Positions 27,710 to 41,737 of a stretch of DNA of 64,000 nucleotides are shown here, piece by piece (within the stretch, counting starts at the first letter, position 1; the number at the start of each line of letters is the position of its first letter). This DNA comes from the human T2T-CHM13v2.0 reference genome, Homo sapiens. The position numbers and the translations under genes are program-made. Below the pieces are notes generated by a model. It made no database searches, had not been told where the DNA came from, and saw nothing but the letters and a program-made list of their open reading frames with translations. The DNA lies in NCBI RefSeq assembly GCF_009914755.1, contig NC_060927.1; one strand, 5' to 3'.

Positions 27710-29724
27710 TTTGTATTGATCACTGCCTGGAGATTTGGAAGAGGAAATAATGATAGGTTTCGAAGAGGCCCCCAAAGAGTCCTGGGCGTGAGCCTGGAGT
27801 CTTCCTCGGACCACAGTCTCCTCTCTGGCTTCAGCCCTATTGACTTTGGTCCTGCAAAGAGAGGGTGGAGAGAGGATGTGCACAGGGTTTCCAGCCTAAG
27901 ACCCCACCCAGAGAGAAAATACACAGAGGGAGGGCTGGGCATTCCAACAGTGGCCAGAAGGGAAATCTGAAGTGGGGCTTGACCTGCCCAGAGGGCCAGG
28001 GGAGTCCCGCCCAGCCTGCCTAGAAAGGAGCAGCCTAGAGCCCTGCCTGGCCATGGGGAGAGCCTCCACCCTGTGGGAGGACTGGCTGTTGTGAAACAGT
28101 GGGAAGGACCCCCAGGGCTGGGCAACCCAGGGGATGAAAGGCCAGACTGGGGGATGTCAGGGCAGCCTCCCTGGCCTGGGAGGGAAGGGGCTGAAAGTGT
28201 CCCGTAACAAGAGCAGCTCCTGCCATGCCCTGCGGTCTAGGAGGGCAGTCCCGGGGCTCTTTCTGAGCTAAGGATTCCTCATTTGTGAAAGGAAAGATAA
28301 GCCTTTTCTTCATGAAGAATGGTTTCTAATAACCAAGAAATTGTTCCATCTGCTAACACGGGCTCTATTTTAAATGCTTAATGAACCTTTTCTCATAATG
28401 GCCTTGGGGTCAGTAAGCTGAGATGAGATTTTTGCCTAGAGAGGCCTACAGCGGAAAGAGCTGTCAAATGCCCAAGAATGTGAAAAGAATCTGACTTGAG
28501 GAGACACTAGGTTCTCACCTGGGCCCCAGGAAACAAGAGGCATCTTGGGGTGAGAACAGTGCTGTCTACTTCCGCTGCATACCACTCATTCCAAGTGCTT
28601 TACCGTATTAACTCATTGAAGCCTCACAACTACCCTATGAGGTAGATGGATTTTTTTCAGGGAAGGAAACTGAGGCACAGAGAGGCAACTGGGATTCAAA
28701 CGTTGTGCTGCCACTGCTGCGGCAGTGCTTGTCCAAGGCTGCAGGGAGTCTTGGATGAGTGCCAGGAGCTCCAGCTGCTCCAGCTGGGACCCTGCAGAGG
28801 GGTCCAGAGGGACCTGGCCCCAGCCCAGCCCACAGAGCCCCCACTAGCCTACCCTAGAAAGGAGCCCTGAGAAAGGAAAATCTGGCCTCCTTATCTCCTG
28901 GGGGAAAGGAATGCACTCTCCCTCCTGCCAGGATAACGGGCTGTTTTAACGGGAAGTCTCCACCCTGGCTGTGGGTTCCTCCCAGCCACCACTTATTCCT
29001 TCTGGCTGTCTCTGCCTCTGGCATCCCACTTCCCATGCTTCAACTCCTGACCCCTGACACCCCCAAAATAATCCTAACTCAACTCATGGCCCCCTCAAAT
29101 CAGCTGCCCCTGCACAGCTCCAAGCTGGTCAAGAAGTCTTCCCTGCCCCACTGTTGCTTGGATATCCTCGCCAGGCAGGCAGCTGAGACGGGGTGGGAGG
29201 TCAAGTGACCCCTGCAGGGAAGGGGCAGTCAGTATCAACACACCGATATGTAAGCAGAGCCCCCCTCCTGCCAAGCACCAGGCTGAAAATATTCACATGC
29301 TCAGACCCCTTCCCCACCAAGTTCTGAGGCCATGGGCAGCTCTCCCCCACCCCAAGTCCTACCCAAGAAACAAAGCAGGGCCTCCCTCAGAATGCCATGG
29401 CTAAAGATTCAGTATCATAGAACTGTAGAAAGTTAGCATCACAGCAGTCTTTAGCCTCAAATCCATTTTACAGATGGGAAAGCTGAGGCCTGAGAAAGGA
29501 GATGCCCACGTCACAAAGTTAGCAGCTGCTCAGGGGAGACCAGAACACAGTGTGGCCAAGCCCTTGTCCAATATGTCCTATGGGTCCCCATCTCTCTGCT
29601 GTTACTGGCTGGCTACTTGCCTGTTTTTTCCACTAGACTATGAGCCAGGTGGGGGCAGGCACCACGCTCTCTTATTTTCTGGGGTGTCTCTGGCACCTAG
29701 CCCCAGGGGACATGCAAAAAATAT

Positions 29725-30850
29725 AAAACATTAATAATAACAAACAATGGAAACAACCCAAATGTCCATCCACAGATGAATGGATAAACAAAATGTGGTA
29801 TATCGATACAATGGAATGTTATTCCACCATAAAAAGGAATGAATTTCTGATACATGCTACAACACAGATGAACTTTGAAGACCTCATGCTAAGTGAAAGA
29901 AGCCAGATGCAAAAGGACAAATGTTGTATAATTCCCCTTACAGTAGCTCCCCTTTATCCACAGGGCATCCTTTCCAAAACCCTCAGTGGAGGCCTGAAAT
30001 GGCAGATAATACCAAACCCTATATATACTATGTTTTTTTCCTATATATACATACCTGTGATCAAGTTTAACTTATAAATTAGGCTCAGTAAGAGACTAGC
30101 AACAATGACATAATAAAATACAATTATATTATAATAAAAGTTTTATGAATGTGGTCTCTCTCCCTCATCTCAAAATATCTTTTTTATTCTTTTCTTTCTT
30201 TCTTTTTTGAGACTGGGTCTTGCTCTGTCACCCCATCTGGAGTGCAGTGGCACGATCACGGCTCACTGCAGCCTCCACCTCCCACGGCTCAAGTGATCCT
30301 CCCACTTCAGCCTCCTGACTAGCTGAGACAACAGGCTGGCGCCACCATGCTCAGCTAATTTTTTATATTTTTTGTAGAGACAGGGTCTCACTTTGTTGCC
30401 CAGGCTGGTCTCAAGCCCCTGAGCAGAAGCAATTCTCCCACCTCAGCCTCCCAAAGTGCTGAGATTATAGGCATGAGCCACTGCGCCTGGCCCAAAATAC
30501 CTTATTGTACTATACTATTTTTATCTATTTTTGGACCACTGTTGACCGTGGATAGCTGCAACTGCAGAAAACAAAACTGTAGATAAGGGGAACTACTGCC
30601 TATGAAATATCTAGAATAGGCAAATTCAGAGAGGCAGAAAGTATCATAGAACAGAAGTTACTGGGGGCGGAGTTTCTGTTTGGGGTGATGACAAAGTTTT
30701 GGACGCAAATGGTTAGGATAATTGCACAACAGTGTGAATGTAACTAATGCCACCGAATTGTACAGTTAAAAACGGTTAAAATGGCAAAGTGTGTGCTATG
30801 GATATTTTACCACAATAAAAAACAAAACAAAACAAACAAACAAACAATCA
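29725..30850 (+). mobile_element. L1M(B/C) 3' end, interrupted by MER44 and an Alu
   Basis: ggaaacaacccaaatgtccatccacagatgaatggataaacaaaatgtgg... resumes at 30599 with cctatgaaatatctagaataggcaaattc and ends in an (AAAC)n tail. Confidence 0.85.
29941..30598 (-). mobile_element. MER44A-like (Tigger7) DNA transposon relic with nested AluJ (30183-30493)
   Basis: TIRs CAGTAGCTCCCCTTTATC and GATAAGGGGAACTACTG, preceded by TA. Confidence 0.85.
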
Positions 30851-31049
30851 AACAAAACCTCAAGCCATTTCTTTCCACAGCACCCTCCCCAGGGATCCTC
30901 AGAGATGGCACCCTGCATCCTTGCTTAAGGCCTGGGCTCCTCCCTGCCGTACAGATGTGGGAATAGAGGACAAAGGGGGCTTCCTGGCCAAGGATGGTGG
31001 AAGGTGAGGACAGAGCCACAGGCCCTGCCTACTAGTTGTGGCCTCCCTC

Positions 31050-31211
31050 GGAGTGCAGCGGCATGATCACGGCTCACTGCAGCCTCCACCTCCCATGGCT
31101 CAAGTGATCCTCCCACTTCAGCCTCCCGACTAGCTGGGACTACAGGCTGACGCCACCATGCCCAGCTAAGTTTGTACATTTTTTGTAGAGACAAGGTCTC
31201 TGTTTGTTGCC
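31050..31211 (-). mobile_element. Internal Alu fragment with no head or tail; local copy of 30239-30400
   Basis: Shares private non-consensus changes with the AluJ about 810 bp upstream (see findings). Confidence 0.8.
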
Positions 31212-32269
31212 ACAGGGAACACCTCTTCGCACCACAGGGAGGCCCTTCCTCCACGAGAAGCGGGGCGGGGAAGCTGCCCAGCAAGCCATCTGACCACCAG
31301 TCACCAATGTAGGCAGAAATCACTGTGTGCTCAGGGGTTTAGGTGGAAAGGACCGTTGTGCTCGGGAGTTTGCCGACGTCTGGAATCCTTGGGGTTTTAC
31401 TCAAGGGCAAGGTGTGTGAGAATTTGCAGCAAAGCCGTCAAGAAACACAAAGTGCAGCGTCTCAATATCAAGCACGCCCAACTTCCAGGGAAGACTTCCG
31501 CAAAATCAAGGGCGCTGTTGTCCTAGTCCTAGGGTCAACACATGTTCTCATTTTCAAAACTTTCCTGGTCACTGGGACCCAAGGCCTGGGAGCAGCATTT
31601 AACCTGCGGTGCCACTAAATGAGAGCCGGCCTTGAGTGAGTGTGCCTTTAACCCGGGCTGCCCTGGGCTACTGCCATATCACCTGACCTTGCAGCTTCAG
31701 GCTGCACTCCGCTTCCCTTTGTGGGGCTGGCAGGGGCACTCTGCTCTCAGCCTTCTAGCTCTGAGAGGAGAAAACCAGAAGTGGCCCCTTCCTGTGCCTC
31801 TGTGTGTTCCTTTGCAAGCCGTTGTGTGCCTTTTCTGCAGGCGCTTATGGAGAGTGAGGTGTGTTTGTACCATCTCCCCGTCAGATTAGGAATCCTCAAG
31901 GTCAGAGACAAGTTCCCTCCTCCCTCCGGATCCCCTCCTCATCCCCAGGTGGCTGCAGTCACTGGGGTGCTGGATGAGTCCAGTGACCATACATCCTGCC
32001 CTACATCCTGCCTGGACAGCCTGGGAAGTGTTTTGATGACTGATCAACCCAGAGAGCACGAGGGGAGAGCAAGAGGAGGAGAAAGGATGCTGCTGCTCCT
32101 GACTGAACGTGATTGAGGTGCCCCAGGAAACTACCTTGCTATGCAAAGTATGGTCCCCAACCTGCGGCATTGGAACCTTCATTTTAACAAGATCCCCAGA
32201 TCCTGAAGCACTGCCTTAGAGTATAACCCAGGGCCTCCAGGGACCTACTCTTCCAGGACAAGCAATGAT

Positions 32270-32500
32270 AATGACAATGATTATTTATTGAGCACCTACT
32301 TTGTGCCAGGCATGACACTAGGCCTCTTATAAACATTATCTTATTTTATGCTTTGGCAACCTAGCGAGGCAGGCGTTATTACCTGCTTTTCAGAAACAAA
32401 GAGAGCAGGTCAGAGAGGTTAACTACCTTGACCAAATCTATGCAGCAAATTATAGCTGAGCTGGAGCTTGAACCTGGAGGTCTGACTCCAAAGCCATGTC
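32270..32500 (-). mobile_element. MIR SINE relic
   Basis: atttattgagcacctactttgtgccaggc...ggtcagagaggttaac...gaacctggaggtctgactccaaagcc. Confidence 0.75.
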
Positions 32501-35500
32501 TCTGACAACTGTAGTATATGTGATGCAATCTTTCACATTAGGCCAACAAGGACAGCCACTTGCCAACTCGCTATGGGGCCCAGAGATTTAAAGGCAAATG
32601 CAATCCCCAGGGAGATGTCTAGAGGCTGCCCCATTGCCTAGTGCTGGCCTGGGGTGTGGGCACCTATGTGTTGGGGTTAGGTCAACCCTGTGGCAGAGGC
32701 CTCAATATTTCTTCAAAACACGTCCCTGAAGATGAAGGTGCATGCCTCAGTCCCCAGGGAGCATGAAGATCCAGGCAAGAGGGACATGTAAGTTGGATTG
32801 CGAGCAGGCCTGGAAGCTCTAGCACTGGCCTTGTCTGGGCCCTGGAGTGAGGGTAGTGGGGAGAAGAGTGGGGTGGGGGGCCCACGTGGGTCCTTTGTAT
32901 ATTATTTAACTTTCAAATTTGCAATTTGGGGCATCATCTCCTGCCAGCCTCAGGAGGCGGCACTCTCCTGCCAGCTCCACCTCTGGGTTCACTCCCACCC
33001 CCAACCCTCGGCCAGCACTCACAGGCTGCTCGCACCACAGAGCCCACTCTCTGCATGCCCACTGTCAGCCCAGGACTTCCTGCCTTGTTCTCTGGGTCTG
33101 TAGCTGGCTGCCTTGCTCCCCACCCAAATGTGAGTGACTTGAGGGCACATATTCCACTTTGTGCTTTATACAGACCCACCATCCTGCCTCCTACCCCAGG
33201 AGGTACCCCCAAAATGGTGAAGCCAGAAGTGCCTTCAGGGACGCTTCTACAGTCACATGGAGAGTAATCTGCAAATTCCCCACAGCCAGGGGACACCTGC
33301 CACGTGCAGTGAGAGGAACACAAACCAGCAGCGGGGGGGCACAGGCAGGATGTGTCGGCCCACCCCTCAGCGGTCACCCATCGCTTCCTCGGAACTCCCA
33401 GCTGCTCAGGGCTGAGGCGGGCGAGGCTCAGAAGTGTGGAAGGGCCCTCCCCAGCTGGTGACTGCATGTGGCAGGCATCCATACCCGGAACGCCCAGCCA
33501 GGGAGTCGGGCCAGCCCATCCCTCCTGCTCACAGAGTCACAGAGTGGGAGCAGACTCGGGGGTCGAAGCTGGGCAGCGCTCGCTCGCACTTCCTTCTGCA
33601 AACTTGACCAGGTCCCACGGCCTCTTCAGCCCATGGCTCCTTTCTCTGATCCCCAAGCCAAAGCCAGCAAATGAGAATAATCCAGTAGAGACAGCTGGGT
33701 TTTGGGATCAGGGTAGGGGCTCAGAGCCAGGGGTCTGGGATTCTGGTCAGTCAGTTTTTCTTCATCAGAATCAATCTCAGAACAAGAGGGAGGCCTAAGG
33801 CATGCCTGCTGCTGGCCAGGGGTGATGGGGACCACTGCCCACAGAAAGCCTTCTAACAAGGGCTGGATCCAAACAATCAAGGAACAAGGATGCCTAAAGC
33901 ATTAGTTTCTCATCTAGCCAGAGAAATATTAAATGTGCAACTCACATAATTTTACAAACAAGAACCACCAACATAAAATAAGTGGAATATTGAAAATATT
34001 CAACAGGTAGAACAAGTCAAAGAACATGCTTTGCTTCCTATTCAGGCCAGGAAGGGAGAGAAAGAGAAGAAATGGAAGGTGAGGAGGGATGGGGAGATGG
34101 CAAAGTGGGGGCAGAGGGGAAAAAGAGAGACAAAAGGATTGGGGAGAAAAAACAGAGAGAGAAAAGCATAAAGGAAGAAAGGATGAGGCACAAAGAAAAG
34201 AGGAGGGAGAGCAGGTGGATTTTGGGGAATGCTGGACAATTGGTCAGGCTTGGTCTGCAGAGGCTCAGAAATCCTTACCTGGACATGAGCCTTTGTTTAT
34301 AATTCTTCACTGTTCTAACCCTGAAAAGTACCTCTGTTCTAATCCTTAATCTTTCCCCCTTCAGGTCAAGAATGCCTTTGAGAATCTGGCAGTAGTTCTG
34401 AACCCTGTCCTAGAAAAATACACTTATTTACATACAATTTTGCATGCAACTTCAGGGGCTCAAGGACTCTATGTTAAAAATACTTATTCTAGAAGCTCCA
34501 CTCTGATTGGGAGACCCATAATGGCCAAAGCAAAAACACCTCAATTGCCAGATGAAACTAAAATGAGGGTGGGATGTGTTGTATTCAAGTCTTCACATTG
34601 AGCTTTAATCATACCATTGGCTTCAGTGACAGAATTTAGGGCCTAAGCACCTTCTCCTGGTTACTACCCCAACAGTCATATTGGAAGCAAGGCTGGTTAC
34701 TCCAAGGGGTCCATTGTGTACATGGATGGTTATTTCGCAGTAAGGGGCCTGTCAAAGACAGGTAACAATGTGTGAGTCAAATTAACCCTTTACAGATCAA
34801 TAGGATTAGTAAATCCCATATACGTAGTAGTTTCCAAATCTGAATGTACATAAGAATTTCCAGTATGCTTACCTAAAATGTAGATTACTAGTCCAAAATT
34901 TGAGAGTATGGATCAGACTGTTTTTCTAATGAGTTTCTAGATAATTCCGATACAGGAAATCTCCAAACCAAACGCTGAGACACACTGTTCTCAGAGAACA
35001 TTGCAAGCCTGAGAGGCTGAGCTTCTGGTCCCACAGGTCAGCTGATTATCTACTCCTTGCAGTGCGATTCTTGTACACTAGGGGGTAGGACTGAGCACAT
35101 ATACAAGGGCACCGCAAGACGAGGTTTGGACTACTGCATCAAAAAGGCTACCTTTACAGGGGAAAATAGAATGAGCAATGCAGAACATGAAAGGTAGAGT
35201 GCCAGGAGAAACCTTCCAAGGGCCTTGAAGACAGTAGTTCCCAGAGCTGACTTAAAAATCATGATAAAAAACTACCTGGAGCACTTCTTACAATCCAGAT
35301 TCCTGGGCCTCAGGCTATTAGGAAACGCGCTCACACACACACACCAAGTTTCCTCAGGGATTCTGATACACACGCAAGTATCACAACTTGTTTGTTTATG
35401 GCACTTCAAGCCCAAGGGTATTTTGATCACTATACCAGACCATTATTATAAAGACGCTTCGAAAAACTAAAGTGCCCTTATAATTCTAAAGCAAAAAACA

Positions 35501-35827
35501 GTGAACATTACCAGGGTTTTCTTCTTCTTTTCTCTTCCTCTTCCTCCCCCTCTTTCTTTTTCATTGAGGAGGCTAATTGGAGAAGGTGGGCCACGCTGGA
35601 ATGCCCTGAATGGGTTCCAGATGGTGAAGTCATTGGCCTCTTGGCCCAACTGTTCCTCCCTTTTCCCTGGAGTGCTGTACAAATATTATCATTTTCTGGC
35701 TGTGCAGTGACATAAAAATGGTTGAGAGGCTCTAGGTCAGGTGTAAAAGAAACTCATGGAAAGGGAAGAACAGCTCGGTCCAAAAGAAATTGTGGAGATA
35801 CTTTCCGATTCTCTGCAAGGTGGAGAA

Positions 35828-35915
35828 TCCCAAATCAGATGCCAAGCTCAGCGTGGATTGGTTTGGGCTCATCATGTTGTCCAGTCCCCACTGGCTTTGG
35901 CATCTGATCTGGGAT
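35828..35915 (-). ncRNA. MIR5092: pre-miR-5092 hairpin (intronic, same strand as the host gene); mature 3p arm 35838-35859
   Basis: Inverted repeat with 19/20 identity (35826-35845 vs 35897-35916) extending to an imperfect stem of about 35 bp. The reverse complement of 35838-35859 is AAUCCACGCUGAGCUUGGCAUC, the miR-5092 sequence as I recall it. Confidence 0.85.
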
Positions 35916-37973
35916 TGTGAGGGGGTGCGGTAGGTCTCAAGAGAAATGCTGAAGGGGCAGCCCTGCTTCCGGCTGCTTAGCAGAGTGGTGGCGACAGGGA
36001 AACCCAGGCACAGATTGCAGATCCTCCGCCCAGGGAGGATGACCACGATAACAAGACTGTCTTACGTTTATTTAGAATCTTCCTTTGCCAAGGCAATCGT
36101 ATTTATAGTAGTTGCTCATTTTGAGTATAACTTTTTAAAAACATTTTGATTTTCTGAAATTTGGATGTCTTACAAGCAACATGAGGACTTAATGTAAGGC
36201 TTTTTTCCACCTGAAAATTTGGTGTGAATTAAAATTGATGGTGACTTGGAATTGAGGAAATACGTTTTATTACATCATTTAATCTCTAAATAATCTGTGA
36301 GGCAGATATTATTATTCTCTATTTTCTAGAGGAGGAAACTGACGCTTAGGTGATTTCCCCAAGGTCAAGGATTGAGAAAGTGGCAGAGCCAGGACTAAAA
36401 TCCAGGTTCCAGTATTTCTTCCCTGATAATGTCTGAGCAGATTTGTTCATACACTAGGAATTTGGGATTGCAGAGTAATTGCTCCAGAACTGCTCCAAAA
36501 ACTGGCTGCCACCCACAGTTACTGGGGCAGAGAAAGCAAGAAGTGACTTTCCTTTTGCTTCAAGTAGAAATTTGAGGGAAAAGAAATAGAAATGTATATA
36601 GGTTTGTATGGTGGCTGTTTGTTTGCTTTAGGCCATAACAGAAGTCCCTTGATTACTTCAGGAGCTTCAGAATGTACCATGCTCATTCCTCATACCACGA
36701 TCACCTCTGGTACGTGTGAGTTTAAAATGGTGCTCATTCGGTCATTACAGATTTACTGTTTGAATTTGTTATTTTATTTACTTTAGAATGCTTTTCATTT
36801 TTAGCAATCAGGATTCTAGAGTGTCATATCTTTAAAAGTCTAGCATTTTTATTTCTGCCAGTTCAAGAGGATGCAGGAAGAAGTTTAACAGAAGAAACCG
36901 TCTTCAAAATAATAAAACCCCAAAATTATTCTCTACAATATCCAGTAAGTGCTGATTTTCTAGAAAACAGTTGGCAGGGGGAGAGGGAGAAGGAAACACC
37001 CCTCCCCCCAAACTCAAAGAAAAAATAACTACTTTGGACATATTATTTCTAAACCTTTAAAAAACACTCTTCCAGGAGGGTATTTCTTTCCATTAGACAG
37101 ATGGACAAACTCAAAGGGTTTCGGTGACTTGCCCACAGCCACACGGCTAACAAGAAGCATGTGTTCTGATAGCATTAATCAGAAAAGCATATATTGCTGA
37201 CATGGATTCCCTGTTTCATGAGGGCAGGGACCATCGCTATCCTATTCTCCGCTGTATCCCGAAGCCTACCTCCTGGCACCCCGTAGGCTTTGATGACTAC
37301 CTATAGGGTGGGAGGATGGGAGGAAGAAAGAAAGGGAGGCGGAACAGGTGTGTGTGCAGCCAGGCGCTCGGTCCACCCTGCCACTCCTCTTCTTTGGAGA
37401 CAGTGCTCTGACAATCTGTTCCATCAACTCCATTCTCCTGCAACTCTCATCACACTTTCACAAGCTGCGCAGATTACGTTTCCTAGGACTGTGTCCATCC
37501 ATCTGCCTCACTGGATGCTGATCCACTCTGGTGTGTTTCCCAGTCAGTCACTCAGCAAAGTGCAACCGAGAGCCAACCATGTGCCCGGTACTTTCCAAGA
37601 TGCCAGGATAAAACGGCAATAATATGGGATTCCTGTGCTTGAGGTTTTTACAGCCTGAAAAACAATGACCTCTGCATTTCCTACTCAGCACCGCGTGCCA
37701 TCAACATCCAAGGTATGGGGATTTTCTGTAGCTGCCTATCAAACTCTCTCAGCTACCACCAGTGCTTCTTTCTGCTATATCTGATGCCTTGTTTTGTTAC
37801 TTTCAGAAACACCAAAGGATGGCCGCAATTGAGGGACTCTTCTCAATAGCATGTTCTTGTGCTTCTTCATTTAGGACACATCTCCCATGCTGGGAAGTAC
37901 AAGACAAATACGAGGAGTTGGGCAAGTGTCGCACTAAGTTCTGCCCCTGGCTGGGCAGCCCACTGACTTCTAA

Positions 37974-38427
<454 letters not shown>

Positions 38428-38689
38428 TAAAATCAAGTTTTATTATGGGGAAACTGAAGACCCACAGATATTGGGGTGCTGGCCTAGGGTCCCACAGACA
38501 GTGGTAGAGAGAATGCTGGCTTCAAGTCTCCCAGTGCAAAATACTTTAACTACCGTCCCCTTTCACTTCACTAGTCAGCAGCTTCGCAAACTGCATTTTC
38601 AATGCCATGCCCCACATGGGACTTATGTGTCCTGCTTGTTTTCTAATTCAGTCAGTGAAGAGCAGGCGGCCCCAGCAGCTGGAAACAAT

Positions 38690-38925
38690 GTGAGCTTGAT
38701 GGTTAAGGACATGGACCCTGAGGTCAGAAGCCAGGGCTCAAATTCTGGCTCCATTGCTTACCAGCTGGATAACTGCTGGGCAATCTAACCTCTCTGAACA
38801 TCAGTTATCTCATCTTTGTCATGGGGACAATAACACACAGGGACTCCATAGATAGGATATAGTGAGATGTATAATGCTTAGTATAGCACCTGGCACAAAC
38901 AGAATGCTCAATAAACATTAGCTAT
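38690..38925 (+). mobile_element. MIR SINE relic
   Basis: ggttaaggacatggaccctgaggtcaga...aacctctctgaacatcagttatctcatct...tgctcaataaacattagc. Confidence 0.75.
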
Positions 38926-38927
38926 TA

Positions 38928-39577
38928 CAGTATCCCCCCTCCCTTATCCATTAGGGGTACATCCCATGACCCCCAGGGGATGCCTGAAACCAAGGATAGT
39001 ACCTAACCCTATATACACCACGTTTTTTCCTATATATGCATACCTATGGTAAAGTTTAATTTATAAATTAGGCACAAGAAGATATCAACCACAATAATTA
39101 ATAATAAAATAGAACAACTCTAACAATATACTATAATAAAAGTTATGTGAACGTCTCTCTCTCAAAATAGCTTACCATGCTGTATGCACCCTTCTTCTTG
39201 TGATGATGTAAGATGATAAAACGCCTACGTGACGAGAAGTGAGGCGGATGATGCAGGCATCGTGACATAGCACTTGGCTATTATTGGCCTCGAGCTCAAG
39301 CCCTCTGCTACTTGACAGTTGACCTGATAACCAAGCCAGGTACTAAGTGACTGATGGCAGGCGGTGTGTACGGTGTGGCCACACTGGACAAAGCAGGGTT
39401 CATGTCCCGGGTGAGACGGTGCAAGATTTCATCATGCTACTCAGAATGGCGGGCAATTTAAAACGTATGAACTGTTTGTTTCTGGTATTTTCCATTTAGT
39501 ATTTTCGGACTGTGGTTGACTACGGGAAATGGAAACCATGGAAAGTGAAACCGTGGGTGGCGGGGTGGAAGCTACTG
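38928..39577 (-). mobile_element. MER44/Tigger7-family DNA transposon relic (~650 bp)
   Basis: Ends TA-CAGTATCCCCC..TTATCC and ..GCTACTG. The body is homologous to the element at 29941 (aaccctatata..ttttttcctatatat..aagtttaaYttataaattaggc). Confidence 0.85.
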
Positions 39578-39856
39578 TGTTACTTCCCTTGCTCACCGCA
39601 CCACCTTCAAATCTTAAATTCAAGAAATGTACAGCAATGTGAATTGACCCAGGACTTTTTTCTCATCTTAATAAATTATTCCACCTTACTTTCTTCTCTG
39701 CTTACAAGCAGAAATATACTCAGTGTTTCAAAAAGTATTAATTTCGGCGAGGCTGTTTGGTAAAGAATGTCTGATAAGGACACTGTGAGATTCTGATGCA
39801 GGAATTGATGTAGACATCTGACATAATTTTCTGATGGCTTATTAGAAATAAGTTTG

Positions 39857-40155
<299 letters not shown>

Positions 40156-41676
40156 CTAAGAGCAGGGTAACAGTTGATGAACCACTTTTCTTAATCATTA
40201 TTGCTTACTCTTGCCAAAAAAAAAAAAAAACCCAACTTCGTAACTCCAATTATTTTTAATTTTTCAGAAAAGTGGCACATATTCTCAGAGAAGCAAGGGA
40301 AATTTCCCTTCACATCCCTGGACCGTATGCTCAGGGTGAAAGAGACTATTGTTTGGGTCACAGACTTGTGAGCCAGACGTGATTTTCACATGCAAATGGT
40401 GGCCACATACAGAGATAATCCAGGCCCCGGGCCAGGCAGAGACCCCAGCCGGCTGCCTCATCATGCTCTCACGGGGCATGTGGCTGAGCTGTAGTGCTGT
40501 GATGAGGGAGTGTGCCATCCAATGGGAGAGGCCATGTGTGGAAAAGGACTAAAAATACAAAGCACGCTAGAAACCGTGCAAATGAATTTAGTTCAGAGTG
40601 AGAAGGCATTTCGTCACTGAATCATGGATGGGGCTGGCCAAGGTTCACCAGAGGAAGTGAAGTGTTTGAGTTCATGTGCCAGACATGGTGCCGGCTGCTT
40701 CGTCTCCAGTATCTCAGGGCCAGGCCATCAGTGTGTGTGATCATGCATGGGTCTATGTGTGCACCCACTCATGTAGCCAGTGGCGCGAGAAAAGTAAATA
40801 CTTATGGCAGGATCTTGGACCCTTTTAAATGTTTTCATCATTGTTTTGGATTATAAACTAACGAGACAAAAAATCAATCAAAGTTCTCATTGGTTAAAAT
40901 AATTTTGTTTGTGTTTAACAAGTATGTGGATGTTCCCGATGGCGGTGGTGGACCAAAGATGGGATGAGAGGTGGGATGAGAAGGGCGGGAATGGAAACAA
41001 TTAAGAGGCATGTACAAACAAATCAAGAAAATGAGATCACGAAACTGTCTCCCAAACTGCATCTGGTCTTCATCTCTACCCCACCTCGACTGCATCAGTC
41101 CAGGCTGTGTCTTCTCTAGACTGGACAATTGCAACCACGTTTGAAGGGCCCCAGCCTCAGTCCCTCCCCATTTGTGCCTACCCTAACTCCAGGCAGGGCT
41201 CCAAAGAGCAAATCTGATTCAACCCCTTCCCTGCTTCAAAGAAAAGCCTATTGACCTTTTGCTCAGCTTTTATGATTTCCGTATCTTTAAAACGCATGTT
41301 GAATTTTAAACTTATTTCTGGTTATTTTGTTTGTTTGTTTGCTTGCTTTTCTAACTAGAGAGACTAAGAAAATTCTCAAGATATGTCATCAAGCCTCTGT
41401 TTATAGTACATTCCATCTGGGACTTCTGAATGTTGCTACATTAGTTTTAACTTCAAAAATATTATATACTATGTGAGCTCAATTATGCTTTAAAACGAAA
41501 AAGGATGAAAAAAAGGCTATAAGGAAATAGCTTTTAGATATATTTTTAAATTAAATATGTATAGTTCTTAATAAAAATAAGTTAAAATTATAATTTAGTA
41601 GGTACTATCTACTCACATATATGAATACAAATATGCAAGGCAAGAATACTGGAAGGAAATACACTAATTATAAATA

Positions 41677-41737
41677 CAGATGCTCCTTGACTTTCAGTGG
41701 GGCCATGTTCCGATAAACCTGTCATAAGTGAAAAATA
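41677..41737 (+). mobile_element. Tigger4/MER46-like terminal fragment
   Basis: TA-CAGATGCTCCTTGACTTTCAGTGGGGCCATGTTCCGATAAACC resembles the recalled Tigger4 end. Confidence 0.55.

Noticed and set aside
32934-33798. Cluster of 100-182 aa ORFs
   Set aside because: GC-rich intron with no homology, splice support or codon signal that I can see.
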